From: Fibrobacteria bacterium
GTDB taxonomy: Bacteria; Fibrobacterota; Fibrobacteria; UBA11236
Direction of reading: 5' to 3'
NCBI GenBank assembly: GCA_017881725.1
Contig: JADGQO010000026.1
Location: 5,370 to 69,369, forward strand
Length of the DNA stretch: 64,000 nt
Part shown: positions 50,069 to 59,357 of the stretch, piece after piece
Layout: every line of letters begins with the position of its first letter
Numbering within the stretch: the stretch's first letter is position 1
The notes under the pieces: model-generated
The model's input: the letters and a program-made list of their open reading frames with translations, nothing else
The model's database searches: none
What the model was told of the DNA's origin: nothing
Translations under genes and position numbers: made by a program

Positions 50069-51730
50069 ATGGCGGAAGGCGACGGACACTCCGGCACAGC
50101 CGCGCGCTTCAGCACGGCGGCGGTGCATATCGTATTCCAAATGCGCCCCGGCACCACGGCCAATCGCCGCATCACGACCGGCGGAGACGCAACGCTTACC
50201 TTACATTCCGGAGCGGTCTCGCAAGTGCAAGCGGTGGACGGTATTTATCATTTCGACATGCCCGCGGGCGAAGAAGCCGTGCTCGAATTGTTCGGCACGC
50301 AATTCCGCGTGGTGCGCGTGAACGGCATCGATCCGGATCCGACGGGCGAAAACACCATAGTAGTCTGGGACGGAACCCTGCGGCCCAACACGGGTTTGGA
50401 AGGCCAACTCCAGCGCCTGCAAATCCTAGGCTATTATTGCGGGGCCGTGACGGACGCCATGAACGATATTGCGGAACGCGCCATCCTGGAATTCCAGGCG
50501 GATAACGGTTTGGTCATCGACGGCGTGTCCGGCAACCATACACGCGATAAAATCGCCGAAATATTCGGCCGCGTGGGTAACATGAACGGTACCCATCAGC
50601 CCCTTAACCGGCGCTACCTGGCTTTTTTCGAAAGGGCCAATGTCGGGCCGTCACAACGGAATTCGCCGCAAATCGATTTCCGAGGCGGCGAGGCCATGAA
50701 ACTGTCCCTGCCCGCTCCAGCAACCGATGGGGCCACGTCCATGACCTACCTACTGGGTTGCACGCCGGTCCACCTGGACGAAGCCTCCTTTCCCTTGCAC
50801 CTGACGTCACGTGGCGGTAACGGTATCCTTACGGTTACGACGGCAATCGAACCCACCCGCAACGACATGTTCGAATTCCGGGCCGTGGCGCAGGGCGATG
50901 AAGTATTGGAAGTGCATCAAGGCTCCGCAGCGGGTCCCCTAATCGCCACTTTGGACGTCCATGTCGTGCCCTTGGTCAACGTGGAACTTTGGGGCCATTT
51001 GCTCACGGTCACGGACGCAGCCGGGGCCCAGCTGGCGGATCCGCCGTTGTGGACGCAAGCTGAAGCGCAAGCCTTGATCGACAGCATCAACGATATCTGG
51101 AACCCGGTGGGCGTTCGCTTCGTGTTCCGCGGCTTCGAGTCCCATGACGTGCAGCAACCTCAGGCCGGGACCATCGCGGACGATTATATCCACCTCCATC
51201 TCCGTTCCCAAGCCATCGCTCGAAGCCTCAACCGCCGCGGAGTGATGAACGTCTACTTTACCCAGCTGTTGAGCATGACTTTCACCAACGCCGACGGAGT
51301 CCCGGAAACCATGGCGCCGCTGGCGCATGCAGGCAACCGGTGGGCGTTTAATCCCTCCGCCGTTTTTACAAGCAAGAGCAGTGCCTTCAATATGGGCCGC
51401 GTCCTGGCCCACGAATTCGGACATATGCTCCGGCTTACCCGCGCGCAATACGCCCACACGGATGATCGCGGCGTCGCGACCCCGTGGCGCCACGACCTTT
51501 GGTCGCGCATGCGCATGATGTCCAAGTACGTGAACTATAATCCGCATAACCCCGAGCGTGGCTGGCAGAATCTCACTTACGGTTCGGACGATCAGAATTT
51601 CATGCTCGCGGGGGATTTGATTTCCGTGAAGGATTTTCCGAATGACGGCACGGATGGCGAACTGCAAAGGTCGCGCGCAAGCGTAAGTCTGCGCCCATAC
51701 GCAACCCACGGATTACCATTGAATGCTTAA
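50069..51730 (+). CDS. Putative T6SS effector: peptidoglycan-binding domain plus zinc metalloprotease
   Basis: LQILGYY...FQADNGLVIDGVSG (PG_binding_1); GRVLAHEFGHML (HExxH). Confidence 0.75.
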   Translation: MAEGDGHSGTAARFSTAAVHIVFQMRPGTTANRRITTGGDATLTLHSGAVSQVQAVDGIYHFDMPAGEEAVLELFGTQFRVVRVNGIDPDPTGENTIVVWDGTLRPNTGLEGQLQRLQILGYYCGAVTDAMNDIAERAILEFQADNGLVIDGVSGNHTRDKIAEIFGRVGNMNGTHQPLNRRYLAFFERANVGPSQRNSPQIDFRGGEAMKLSLPAPATDGATSMTYLLGCTPVHLDEASFPLHLTSRGGNGILTVTTAIEPTRNDMFEFRAVAQGDEVLEVHQGSAAGPLIATLDVHVVPLVNVELWGHLLTVTDAAGAQLADPPLWTQAEAQALIDSINDIWNPVGVRFVFRGFESHDVQQPQAGTIADDYIHLHLRSQAIARSLNRRGVMNVYFTQLLSMTFTNADGVPETMAPLAHAGNRWAFNPSAVFTSKSSAFNMGRVLAHEFGHMLRLTRAQYAHTDDRGVATPWRHDLWSRMRMMSKYVNYNPHNPERGWQNLTYGSDDQNFMLAGDLISVKDFPNDGTDGELQRSRASVSLRPYATHGLPLNA

Positions 51731-52574
51731 GGTCACCGCTCTATTGACCGCCATGCTACTGTCGGCCGGAACAGGAAAAGGAAACCCCATGGAACAAGCC
51801 AGCATCAAAGCGCGCATCGAAAAGGCGGATCGCACTCTCATGAAAGGGTTGGACTCAGGCATGGCCGGGGACTTCGCCTTCCTGGCCGGCTATCATCCTG
51901 CAACACTCAAAAGCCGAGAGCTGGTGCTGGATATCGTCGAAACCTTCTTTACCGATTGGAGTTTCGAGGTCCTCTTCCAAGATCTGCATGACAAGGACGA
52001 GTCCATCCAATGCCGATCCGCGGAAATCCTTTCCGAGCGCGCCCGTCCCAAGGACGGCAAACGGCTTTTGCAAGAACTGGAACAAAGGTACACGCAACCG
52101 ATATCGCATTTACCCAATCGCGAGATCGTTCTGGCAGTCGGCAATTCCAATGACAGCTCGGCGATGGAACCGCTTTTAACCTTGCGCAAAAAAGAAAAGG
52201 ACCGCGAAGCCCTGGAAGGCTACGATATGGCCCTGGCCAAGGTCGGCTATATCAAGGAAATACGTAAGCTTGAATTCGCGCTGGAGCATGGACCCGCTCC
52301 CGACAAAGCAAAAGCCCTGACCACGCTCCGATATGTGAACAAACCGGAATGGATCCCAAAAGTGATCCCGCTCCTGACAAATAAAATGGTCGCCCGCCAA
52401 ACATCCTTAGGTCCCGCGACTTTTCATATCCGGGTTTGCGATGAGGCCATCGCCACGCTGGGTACCATTGATCCGGCCAAGAAAATTCCCTTCGAAGTCT
52501 CATCAATCTTCGGCAATCCTTTCAGCGACGAGCAAGTACGTCAAGCCCAACAGGCTTACGGCCTCAATAAGTAG
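51723..52574 (+). CDS. Exported HEAT-like protein, putative immunity
   Basis: Signal-peptide-like N-terminus, helical repeats, overlaps the effector end. Confidence 0.6.
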   Translation: MLKVTALLTAMLLSAGTGKGNPMEQASIKARIEKADRTLMKGLDSGMAGDFAFLAGYHPATLKSRELVLDIVETFFTDWSFEVLFQDLHDKDESIQCRSAEILSERARPKDGKRLLQELEQRYTQPISHLPNREIVLAVGNSNDSSAMEPLLTLRKKEKDREALEGYDMALAKVGYIKEIRKLEFALEHGPAPDKAKALTTLRYVNKPEWIPKVIPLLTNKMVARQTSLGPATFHIRVCDEAIATLGTIDPAKKIPFEVSSIFGNPFSDEQVRQAQQAYGLNK

Positions 52575-52580
52575 CCCGCC

Positions 52581-53516
52581 ATGCCCAAGTTCAACGGAAA
52601 AACCGACTCGCCGCTGCAAATCAAATTGAAGTCCGCCATCCTCGAGGCGCGCTGGGGCGAATTCGAAGTGGCCCAAGGCGGTCGCGTGCAAATCGAAGTC
52701 GTCACAGCCTTCGTTTCCGACGGCTCCACGGTGAAGTTCAGCCTGAAGGATAAAGAAGGCGCCGCCATCGATACAGTGACCGGAAAAATCTACGCGAATC
52801 TTTATCGCGGATATTATACCGTGACCAAGCCCAATAAGACCGGAGCCATGACCTTCGAAGCGGAGCTGCCTGATCACAATGCCAAGGGCAAATCCGGATT
52901 CATCAAAGTATCGCCTCCGGTGAAAATCACGGAACTGAAAATCCTCGACGGCTCCGGTAAGGAGCTGAAAGAAATCGCCAAGGAAGCCATTCTGCAAATG
53001 TCCGCCAAAGTAGGCGGACCGCCGGAGGGCACGGTTTGCGATTTCGTGATGTACTGCACCAATGGTCCCATGCAACCACAGCCCACCTTCACGGGCCGCG
53101 CGAAAATCGCGGACGGCAAAGCGGTTTGCCAATGGAAGCGGAAAGCCCCGCAACAAGAGCCGCATGTCCACGTGCAATCCGACTTGAATAAATACGGGGA
53201 AGACTATCATACCCTGACCTACCACTTTGAAATTTCCTGCCTGGGCATGACTGCCGCCTCCAAGCCCGTGGACTATGTGAGCTGGCTGGAAATGCATTTC
53301 GGCGATTTGCGCGGTAAGGTAACCTTGGTGTTACCCGATGGATCGGAGAGCAGCAAGGACATTCCGGAGGACGGGGTGCTGAAGCTAGAGAAGCCGAAAG
53401 CCGGCGGGGTGATGATTAAGAAGATCGAGCCGAAGGATGGGACGGCGGGGGAGAAGAAGGGATCTGGAGGCAAACCCAGCGACGAAAACACCAATAAAAA
53501 TCCGAAAATTGATTGA
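52581..53516 (+). CDS. Hypothetical T6SS-associated beta-sandwich protein
   Basis: Segments resemble the PAAR extension (ARWG...FVSDGS vs AKWD...FEDGA; LPDGS..K). Confidence 0.55.
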   Translation: MPKFNGKTDSPLQIKLKSAILEARWGEFEVAQGGRVQIEVVTAFVSDGSTVKFSLKDKEGAAIDTVTGKIYANLYRGYYTVTKPNKTGAMTFEAELPDHNAKGKSGFIKVSPPVKITELKILDGSGKELKEIAKEAILQMSAKVGGPPEGTVCDFVMYCTNGPMQPQPTFTGRAKIADGKAVCQWKRKAPQQEPHVHVQSDLNKYGEDYHTLTYHFEISCLGMTAASKPVDYVSWLEMHFGDLRGKVTLVLPDGSESSKDIPEDGVLKLEKPKAGGVMIKKIEPKDGTAGEKKGSGGKPSDENTNKNPKID

Positions 53517-53697
53517 TAAACATTACCACGGCGGCGGCAGATTTTTCGGGTACAGAGGGAATAGTTCAGCCATCCAGGACGCCGTCGATTGCGCAAATCG
53601 CCGGACCGGGTGTACGGTCATCGTCGCGGATGCCAACCCGGGTGGACAAGTGCAAACGAACGCCTAAGTCGGCCGGAATTTCGATATTTATGTCTAC

Positions 53698-54342
53698 ATG
53701 AACGGATTCATTATTTCCGCAGCCCTGAGTTTCTTCTTGATTCTTCCCGAGCGCGACAGCTCGGGAGCGTGGCCCGCGCACGCGGAAGCATTGGCGACTC
53801 CTTCGACATCTACGGATGGGAATCCCGCCAAGGTCCGCACCTTGGATTCGGTAAAATTCATCGAACATCGCGAAGAAAATATTTTCGTGATCCGCTCGGC
53901 TGAGTCCGGAACCTACGGGAACGATTTGGCCTGCGAATTAACGGCCGTACTGCTGCGGTCCGTCGGCAAAGGGCGCCTAATTGTTTGGAAATGGAGGGAT
54001 GCCACGCAGGATCCGTTTACGACGCTGGCATACGAATCCGGAAATTACCGGATTTTGGATGTCGATGGGGAGGGAGGCCTGGAAGTTGAATTCTGGTGCC
54101 GAAAAATCCGTGACGGCTTGGATCCGGACTCGGTGAAGCTGTTGTTGTTCAGCTCCGGAAAAAAGTACGGCATTCGCGCGGCAATACCCAAGGAACCGGA
54201 AACCATGGAGCAATACCATGTTCTTCCCGACAAATCCGTAGGCGAGGCGCCCGCAGCGCTGCGTGAGTATTTATATGCCGAATGGAATCGACTGGTTGGC
54301 CCGGAAATATCCGATTTGCGGGAAGACGCCGAGTCCGATTAA
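53698..54342 (+). CDS. Exported hypothetical protein
   Basis: Signal peptide; DVDGEG motif. Confidence 0.55.
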   Translation: MNGFIISAALSFFLILPERDSSGAWPAHAEALATPSTSTDGNPAKVRTLDSVKFIEHREENIFVIRSAESGTYGNDLACELTAVLLRSVGKGRLIVWKWRDATQDPFTTLAYESGNYRILDVDGEGGLEVEFWCRKIRDGLDPDSVKLLLFSSGKKYGIRAAIPKEPETMEQYHVLPDKSVGEAPAALREYLYAEWNRLVGPEISDLREDAESD

Positions 54343-54384
54343 TCGGAGTTCGTTACCCAAGCCGCTTGGATCGGGTGTCCGGCG

Positions 54385-55902
54385 TTAAAACCCGTACTTG
54401 GTCCGATTTTGATCGATGAGGATCATGGCGATGATGCGCGGTACGTACTGATTGGTCTCCTCGGGCATCACGTTCATGCGATACAAATACCAGAAATCAC
54501 GATCGTTCACAGGATCCTCGATTTGCCGCAAAACCTTGCGCAGTTTGTTGCCGCCGGCGTTATAGGCCGCCATGGCCAAGGCCGCGTCTCCGAATTCCGA
54601 ATAGAGAAGGTGCAGGTACTTCGCCGCCGCGCGCGTGGATGCCCGTGGGCGCGTGCGTTCATCCTCAAAGGCAGGCCGCGTTTCCCAATCATCCGGCACC
54701 TTCAAATCAAATTGCCGCGCCGTTTCCGGAACCAACTGCCATAGGCCGCGCGCATCGTTTCCCGAAAGGGCCGCGCTGTCGAGTAGGCTTTCCTGCATGG
54801 CCAGATAGAAAAATTCCTCCGGCAATTTCAGGCGCGCCAACTCTTGGCGTATCAGCGTTTCATATTTCGGCTTCCGGGCGAAACATTTCTGAAGCGTCGC
54901 CCGGTTTTCCGGTTTGCTTAGGATATCGATTTGATTTTGGACGGCGAGAATGAAACTCTCCGGGATGATGAAGCCGCGCTTTCCCAACTCGGCCAATACC
55001 TGGTGGACATCATTGCCCAAGGGGAGACGGTAAGCCGGAGCCCTGTCCGGCAATTTCAATTTTTCGCGGATCTGAAAAAGTTGATGCTCCGCGTCCAATA
55101 ATTGATGCACCAGCTTGCCGCGCAGGGGCGCTTGCGAAGAACTGCTACCCGGAATTGCCTCGAGGTTTTTTTCCAGTTCATGAATTTGCGAGAGGAGGTT
55201 TCCCTGCTTCTTGATTTTCGCGCGGTAGCTGAAATTTTGGAATCCGAGAACGGAGAGCAAACAAAATGCAATCGACCCGAGCACTATTCCCGCCCATAGG
55301 ATACGCTTCCGGGAACTCGAAATTCCGCTGCCGATACCACCCAACCAACCGCCCATCCGTTCAGGCATGATGCCACCTTTCAACAGACGGGCCAACCGTT
55401 CGGGGTCGCGCAATAAGCCTTGCATCACTTGGTGCGGGCCGTCCGTGCTGCGCAAACGGCGCGCCATCTCGCGGATCCGTCCTTGGTTTCCGCCATGGGT
55501 TCCCGCTAAAAGGCCCAGTTCCGGGATCGGCATGGCCGTGGTGTCGCGGCCTTTTATCGTGAGCGTTTCCGTACCGTCCAAGGATTCTCCCAACGCATCC
55601 ATTACCGTCACACGCATGGCTGGGCCCATCGGCCCAAGGCTGATCACTTCCCCTCCCAAAAGCTCGCGCTCGGTCACGCGCACCTTGCCGACAAAAGTCC
55701 CATTCTTGCTGTCCAGATCGCGAAGCCACAAGGTATGGCCCTTTAACGCCACCAGGGCATGGCGCGCCGAGACGATACCGGCATCGTCGCCCAGGAAGGA
55801 TAGATCGTTCCCGTGGCTGCGGCCCAAAGTGATCGAGGCCATTACCTCCACCAGGCGATTTTTTTCCGTACCGTTGAGTACTTCCAAATAAAACCGCTTC
55901 AA
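54385..55902 (-). CDS. FHA domain - TM - coiled coil - lytic transglycosylase (SLT/MltD-like)
   Basis: FHA LGR...VSARHA...DLDSKNGTFV; one TM; MQES, ARGLWQL, AAYNAG, ETNQYVP; SD GAGGAGG before TTG. Confidence 0.9.
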   Translation of the reverse strand: MKRFYLEVLNGTEKNRLVEVMASITLGRSHGNDLSFLGDDAGIVSARHALVALKGHTLWLRDLDSKNGTFVGKVRVTERELLGGEVISLGPMGPAMRVTVMDALGESLDGTETLTIKGRDTTAMPIPELGLLAGTHGGNQGRIREMARRLRSTDGPHQVMQGLLRDPERLARLLKGGIMPERMGGWLGGIGSGISSSRKRILWAGIVLGSIAFCLLSVLGFQNFSYRAKIKKQGNLLSQIHELEKNLEAIPGSSSSQAPLRGKLVHQLLDAEHQLFQIREKLKLPDRAPAYRLPLGNDVHQVLAELGKRGFIIPESFILAVQNQIDILSKPENRATLQKCFARKPKYETLIRQELARLKLPEEFFYLAMQESLLDSAALSGNDARGLWQLVPETARQFDLKVPDDWETRPAFEDERTRPRASTRAAAKYLHLLYSEFGDAALAMAAYNAGGNKLRKVLRQIEDPVNDRDFWYLYRMNVMPEETNQYVPRIIAMILIDQNRTKYGF

Positions 55903-56175
55903 GGATCCTCCTCACCTGGACTCCGCGCGTTGCCTGGATGCGTTGCGGGCGCGGAATTCGAAATGGATCTAAATCATACCGCGAAGCTGCGGGCAATACA
56001 ATCCACGGCGGAACGGACAATTTCATGCCAATGCGAATCGCGAAATTAAATCGATTCCATCAATCGGCCCATAAGACTCAATCCAAATCAATCCTCCATG
56101 CATAGGGGCGAATGGGGATTTTGGTTTTCTCAATTCACGAATTTTATGGTTCCGCAAAATTCGGAACTCTTTGAA

Positions 56176-58497
56176 TCATTTTACCGGAGTGATCAAAATG
56201 AGTTGTTTCGCGACCGTCAGATTGTAGGTGGAAATTATTTTCCCGTCCGACGCCGTGCATACGATCGAAATGGCATTCGCGCCGGTGGCCAGCGAGATGG
56301 ATGCCGAGGGAGTGCCCGTGGGGACGGCTACGCCTTTGACGGTAATTTTCGCCAGCTTGTCCGTCGCGGTTGGGGTGATGACGACGAATCCCGAGGTAGT
56401 CACGGCCGAATATGCCAAAGTCGCACTGCTGAACGCCGGCGTGAGAGCCAGGTTCGCGCCGGTAGTCGGATTCACGACCAACGCGGACAGCGTGGAAACC
56501 GTACTCGGCAATTTATCGATGTTGACGGTATAGGTTTTCTTGGTGACCCCGTCTTCAGCCGTTACCTCCGCCGTGACCCAACTGATTCCGGGTAATAACT
56601 CCAAAGGCTTGTTGACCACGGGGTATCGGATGGTATCCGTCGAAAGGACGACGGTACGCACGATAGGAAGGGGAACCCCCGTACCGGAAGTGATGTAGGT
56701 TATCTCGGTATGATTAAGCCTTAGCACGATGGTCGCGCCCGAATCCACGGCCTTCGCGCCCACATTCAAAGGGCCCACCAGATTACCAGCCAGGGTGTCG
56801 TTATAGGTAAGTACCGCGGCCGAAAAGGCTGGCTTGATACCTGCCCCGGGAGTAATCGATAAAGAACTTAAATCCGGGTTCACGCCCGGAAGCCGTTTGA
56901 TGGACAATGAATAAGTGTTCGCATTGTTTCCGTCCGGAGCCGTGACGGCGATAAGCACGGTATTCATTCCAACCCGCAAGCTCGCGCTTGCCGTTGCGAC
57001 CACGCTCGCCCCGACATGGGTAGAAGCGGATTTAACCGTTGCGCCGTTGACGGATACCGCGATGCCGGTAACATTGTCCGGAGCCGTTGCCTGAATGGTC
57101 TCAGCGGCTTGGATCCTGGGAACGGAATCGGAATAATGCAATCGATCGGAGCGGAAGGCCGAATCCAACTTGCCGACGGAAACTTTCAAATCGGTCAGGA
57201 ACGCATCGGGACTTGCGCGATTGAACGTCAGGGAGTAGGAACGCTTGGATTTGCCGTCCGGAGCGGTGGCGGAAAGAATCGCGACGGTGAGCCCGACGGG
57301 CAAGTTGATGGGTGAAGAAGCGACCGCGTTCCCCGTCGCGTTGCCATTGAGGTTTATGACCGACGGTGTCTGCCGCGCCGTGGGAATGATCGAAACCGTG
57401 TTCGCCGGTATCGTCGCGGTATATTGGAATAGATCCGGATCAAAGGGCGGGACCAAATTACCCGTGGAAAGCGTGATGCTCGACAATGCGCCATCATCGC
57501 TCAGTGGCCGCTTCACATTCAGGGTATACTCCTTGGAAACGGAGCTGTCGGGTGAAACCACTTTAACGATCACGGCCGTGACCGTTCCCGGACTCAAGTT
57601 GATCAGGTTGCCCCAAGAGGAGTCCTGCGGAACAGCGTTCATGGAAATCCGGGCCATGTGATCCTTGGGAAATCCCAACAGGTTTACAAGCTCCACGTCC
57701 GCGCCTACCGTCAGTGCATAGGTCAGTGAGTCGGGCGAGAACGCCGGCGCCAACTTCCCGTCCGAAACCGTGAGGGAATCGAGCCGATCCTCGGTACCCG
57801 GCTTGCGCTGGATTGTCAAGGCGTAGTAATTCGCAAGGGTTCCTCCCGGCGGCTGCACGCCGATTTTTAAACTCGTGACGCCGACGGGGATGAACCGTTT
57901 CGCGGTCGGCAGGCCGGCCTGCGCTCGATCGCCGTTCAATGTCAATACCGCCAGGCTGTCGTTGGGAGTGGCCGCCAAAGCCAGGGAATCGGATGCGTAC
58001 GGCAACTCGATATTGTAGGCGAACGAATCCGGATGGAAAGCCGGGGATAATGCGCCTGCCGAGGTTTCCAGCAGGGATAATTTCGCTCCCGAAAGCCCGG
58101 CGATCAACGCGGGTAGGTTTTGCGGCGGGGTTTTCTTGGGCTCACCGGCGGAGCCTCCCAGCACGGCCACGGTCGATTGCATGGCCAACAGCCCTTGCTG
58201 ATCGAACCCTTGCACGCGGACGATAAAATCGGACCCGACATTTTCCGGAAGCGTGTAAGCGCCCATCGCTTTCGGATCGGACAGCTTGCCTGCAAAGGCC
58301 GTGTCCAATACCCGCACCGTATCCTTCGCGTCGAGTAGGGTGATGACCACCTTATCGTATTTCTTCAGGGAGTCGTTCAGATTGAATTGGATTTGCCGAG
58401 CGCCGCCGGAAGAACCCGAATTGCATGCGGTCAGGAACAGACCCGCGAGAGCCAAAACGGAAAGGGCCAGGAAAAAATTTTGTTTGCGGCTTATCAC
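56176..58497 (-). CDS. Lipoprotein with tandem cadherin-like beta-sandwich repeats
   Basis: Lipobox LTA-C; about six LS.L...L.PAF......Y...TAPDG...Y repeats. Confidence 0.88.
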   Translation of the reverse strand: MISRKQNFFLALSVLALAGLFLTACNSGSSGGARQIQFNLNDSLKKYDKVVITLLDAKDTVRVLDTAFAGKLSDPKAMGAYTLPENVGSDFIVRVQGFDQQGLLAMQSTVAVLGGSAGEPKKTPPQNLPALIAGLSGAKLSLLETSAGALSPAFHPDSFAYNIELPYASDSLALAATPNDSLAVLTLNGDRAQAGLPTAKRFIPVGVTSLKIGVQPPGGTLANYYALTIQRKPGTEDRLDSLTVSDGKLAPAFSPDSLTYALTVGADVELVNLLGFPKDHMARISMNAVPQDSSWGNLINLSPGTVTAVIVKVVSPDSSVSKEYTLNVKRPLSDDGALSSITLSTGNLVPPFDPDLFQYTATIPANTVSIIPTARQTPSVINLNGNATGNAVASSPINLPVGLTVAILSATAPDGKSKRSYSLTFNRASPDAFLTDLKVSVGKLDSAFRSDRLHYSDSVPRIQAAETIQATAPDNVTGIAVSVNGATVKSASTHVGASVVATASASLRVGMNTVLIAVTAPDGNNANTYSLSIKRLPGVNPDLSSLSITPGAGIKPAFSAAVLTYNDTLAGNLVGPLNVGAKAVDSGATIVLRLNHTEITYITSGTGVPLPIVRTVVLSTDTIRYPVVNKPLELLPGISWVTAEVTAEDGVTKKTYTVNIDKLPSTVSTLSALVVNPTTGANLALTPAFSSATLAYSAVTTSGFVVITPTATDKLAKITVKGVAVPTGTPSASISLATGANAISIVCTASDGKIISTYNLTVAKQLILITPVK

Positions 58498-59300
58498 GGC
58501 GACACCGTTATCGTATGGGTTTTCGGGGAGGGATTATCCAAGGCGATGAACAATAGGGCCGCTGTGCCCACGGCCAGCACGGCTCCGCCCGCCGCCCAAT
58601 ACAACGTTTGATTCTTACGTGAGGCGCCGGATGGCTTGGCCGGGTCGGCGGCCGAAGCTGTGTTCGTTGTAGTCACGCTGGTACCTGTCCCCTTGGTACC
58701 GGCAGCGCCCGCTTGCCCCGCAGCGTCGGATGATGCGGACCTAGCCGACCCATGCTTGCTTTCATAATCTTCCTGCACATTACGGAAAATGAGGAAAATC
58801 ATGTCACTGGCATACATGTCGAGAATCTTGGCCGTCGGCTCGATTTCGATCAGTTTATACATGTAGTACTTGCCCTTTTCCTGGGTCGCCTTGTTGGCCG
58901 CGTACATCACGCCCATATGCTTGTAGACGAACACGCTCTCCGGATGGCTCATGGACTTTTTGGCTTTAAGGAAATCCTCTAATCCGCGGATGGCCTGATC
59001 AAAATCCCCTTCCAGGTAGGCGGCATGCGCCTTCGCGGTATCCAGGACGGCGGCCGTGTTCTCTTTCGCATCGTCTTTACCATGACGTTTGGTGGAGTGT
59101 TTCTGCGCGGCATCCTTTCCGCCGACGTCCCGGTCGGCAGCATCCTTAATGGGCTTGTCTTTTAAGGTCGCATCCTTTACAGGGTCAGCCTGCGGGGGCG
59201 GATTGGCGATGAAGTCTTCCGGCGATTTGTTGGCGGCCCCGGCGTACAAGGGAAGAAGGATGAACAAGAACAAAGGGAAATGACGGAAAAGTGTCAGCAT
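58494..59300 (-). CDS. Exported TPR-like protein with C-terminal hydrophobic segment
   Basis: Signal peptide; AYLEGDFDQAI helical repeat; C-terminal YWAAGGAVLAVG; coupled to the lipoprotein gene. Confidence 0.65.
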   Translation of the reverse strand: MLTLFRHFPLFLFILLPLYAGAANKSPEDFIANPPPQADPVKDATLKDKPIKDAADRDVGGKDAAQKHSTKRHGKDDAKENTAAVLDTAKAHAAYLEGDFDQAIRGLEDFLKAKKSMSHPESVFVYKHMGVMYAANKATQEKGKYYMYKLIEIEPTAKILDMYASDMIFLIFRNVQEDYESKHGSARSASSDAAGQAGAAGTKGTGTSVTTTNTASAADPAKPSGASRKNQTLYWAAGGAVLAVGTAALLFIALDNPSPKTHTITVSP

Positions 59301-59357
59301 GACATGAAATTAATTAATTGAAGAAAATCGGTTGTGCGCCGGGTCACAAACAATGGG

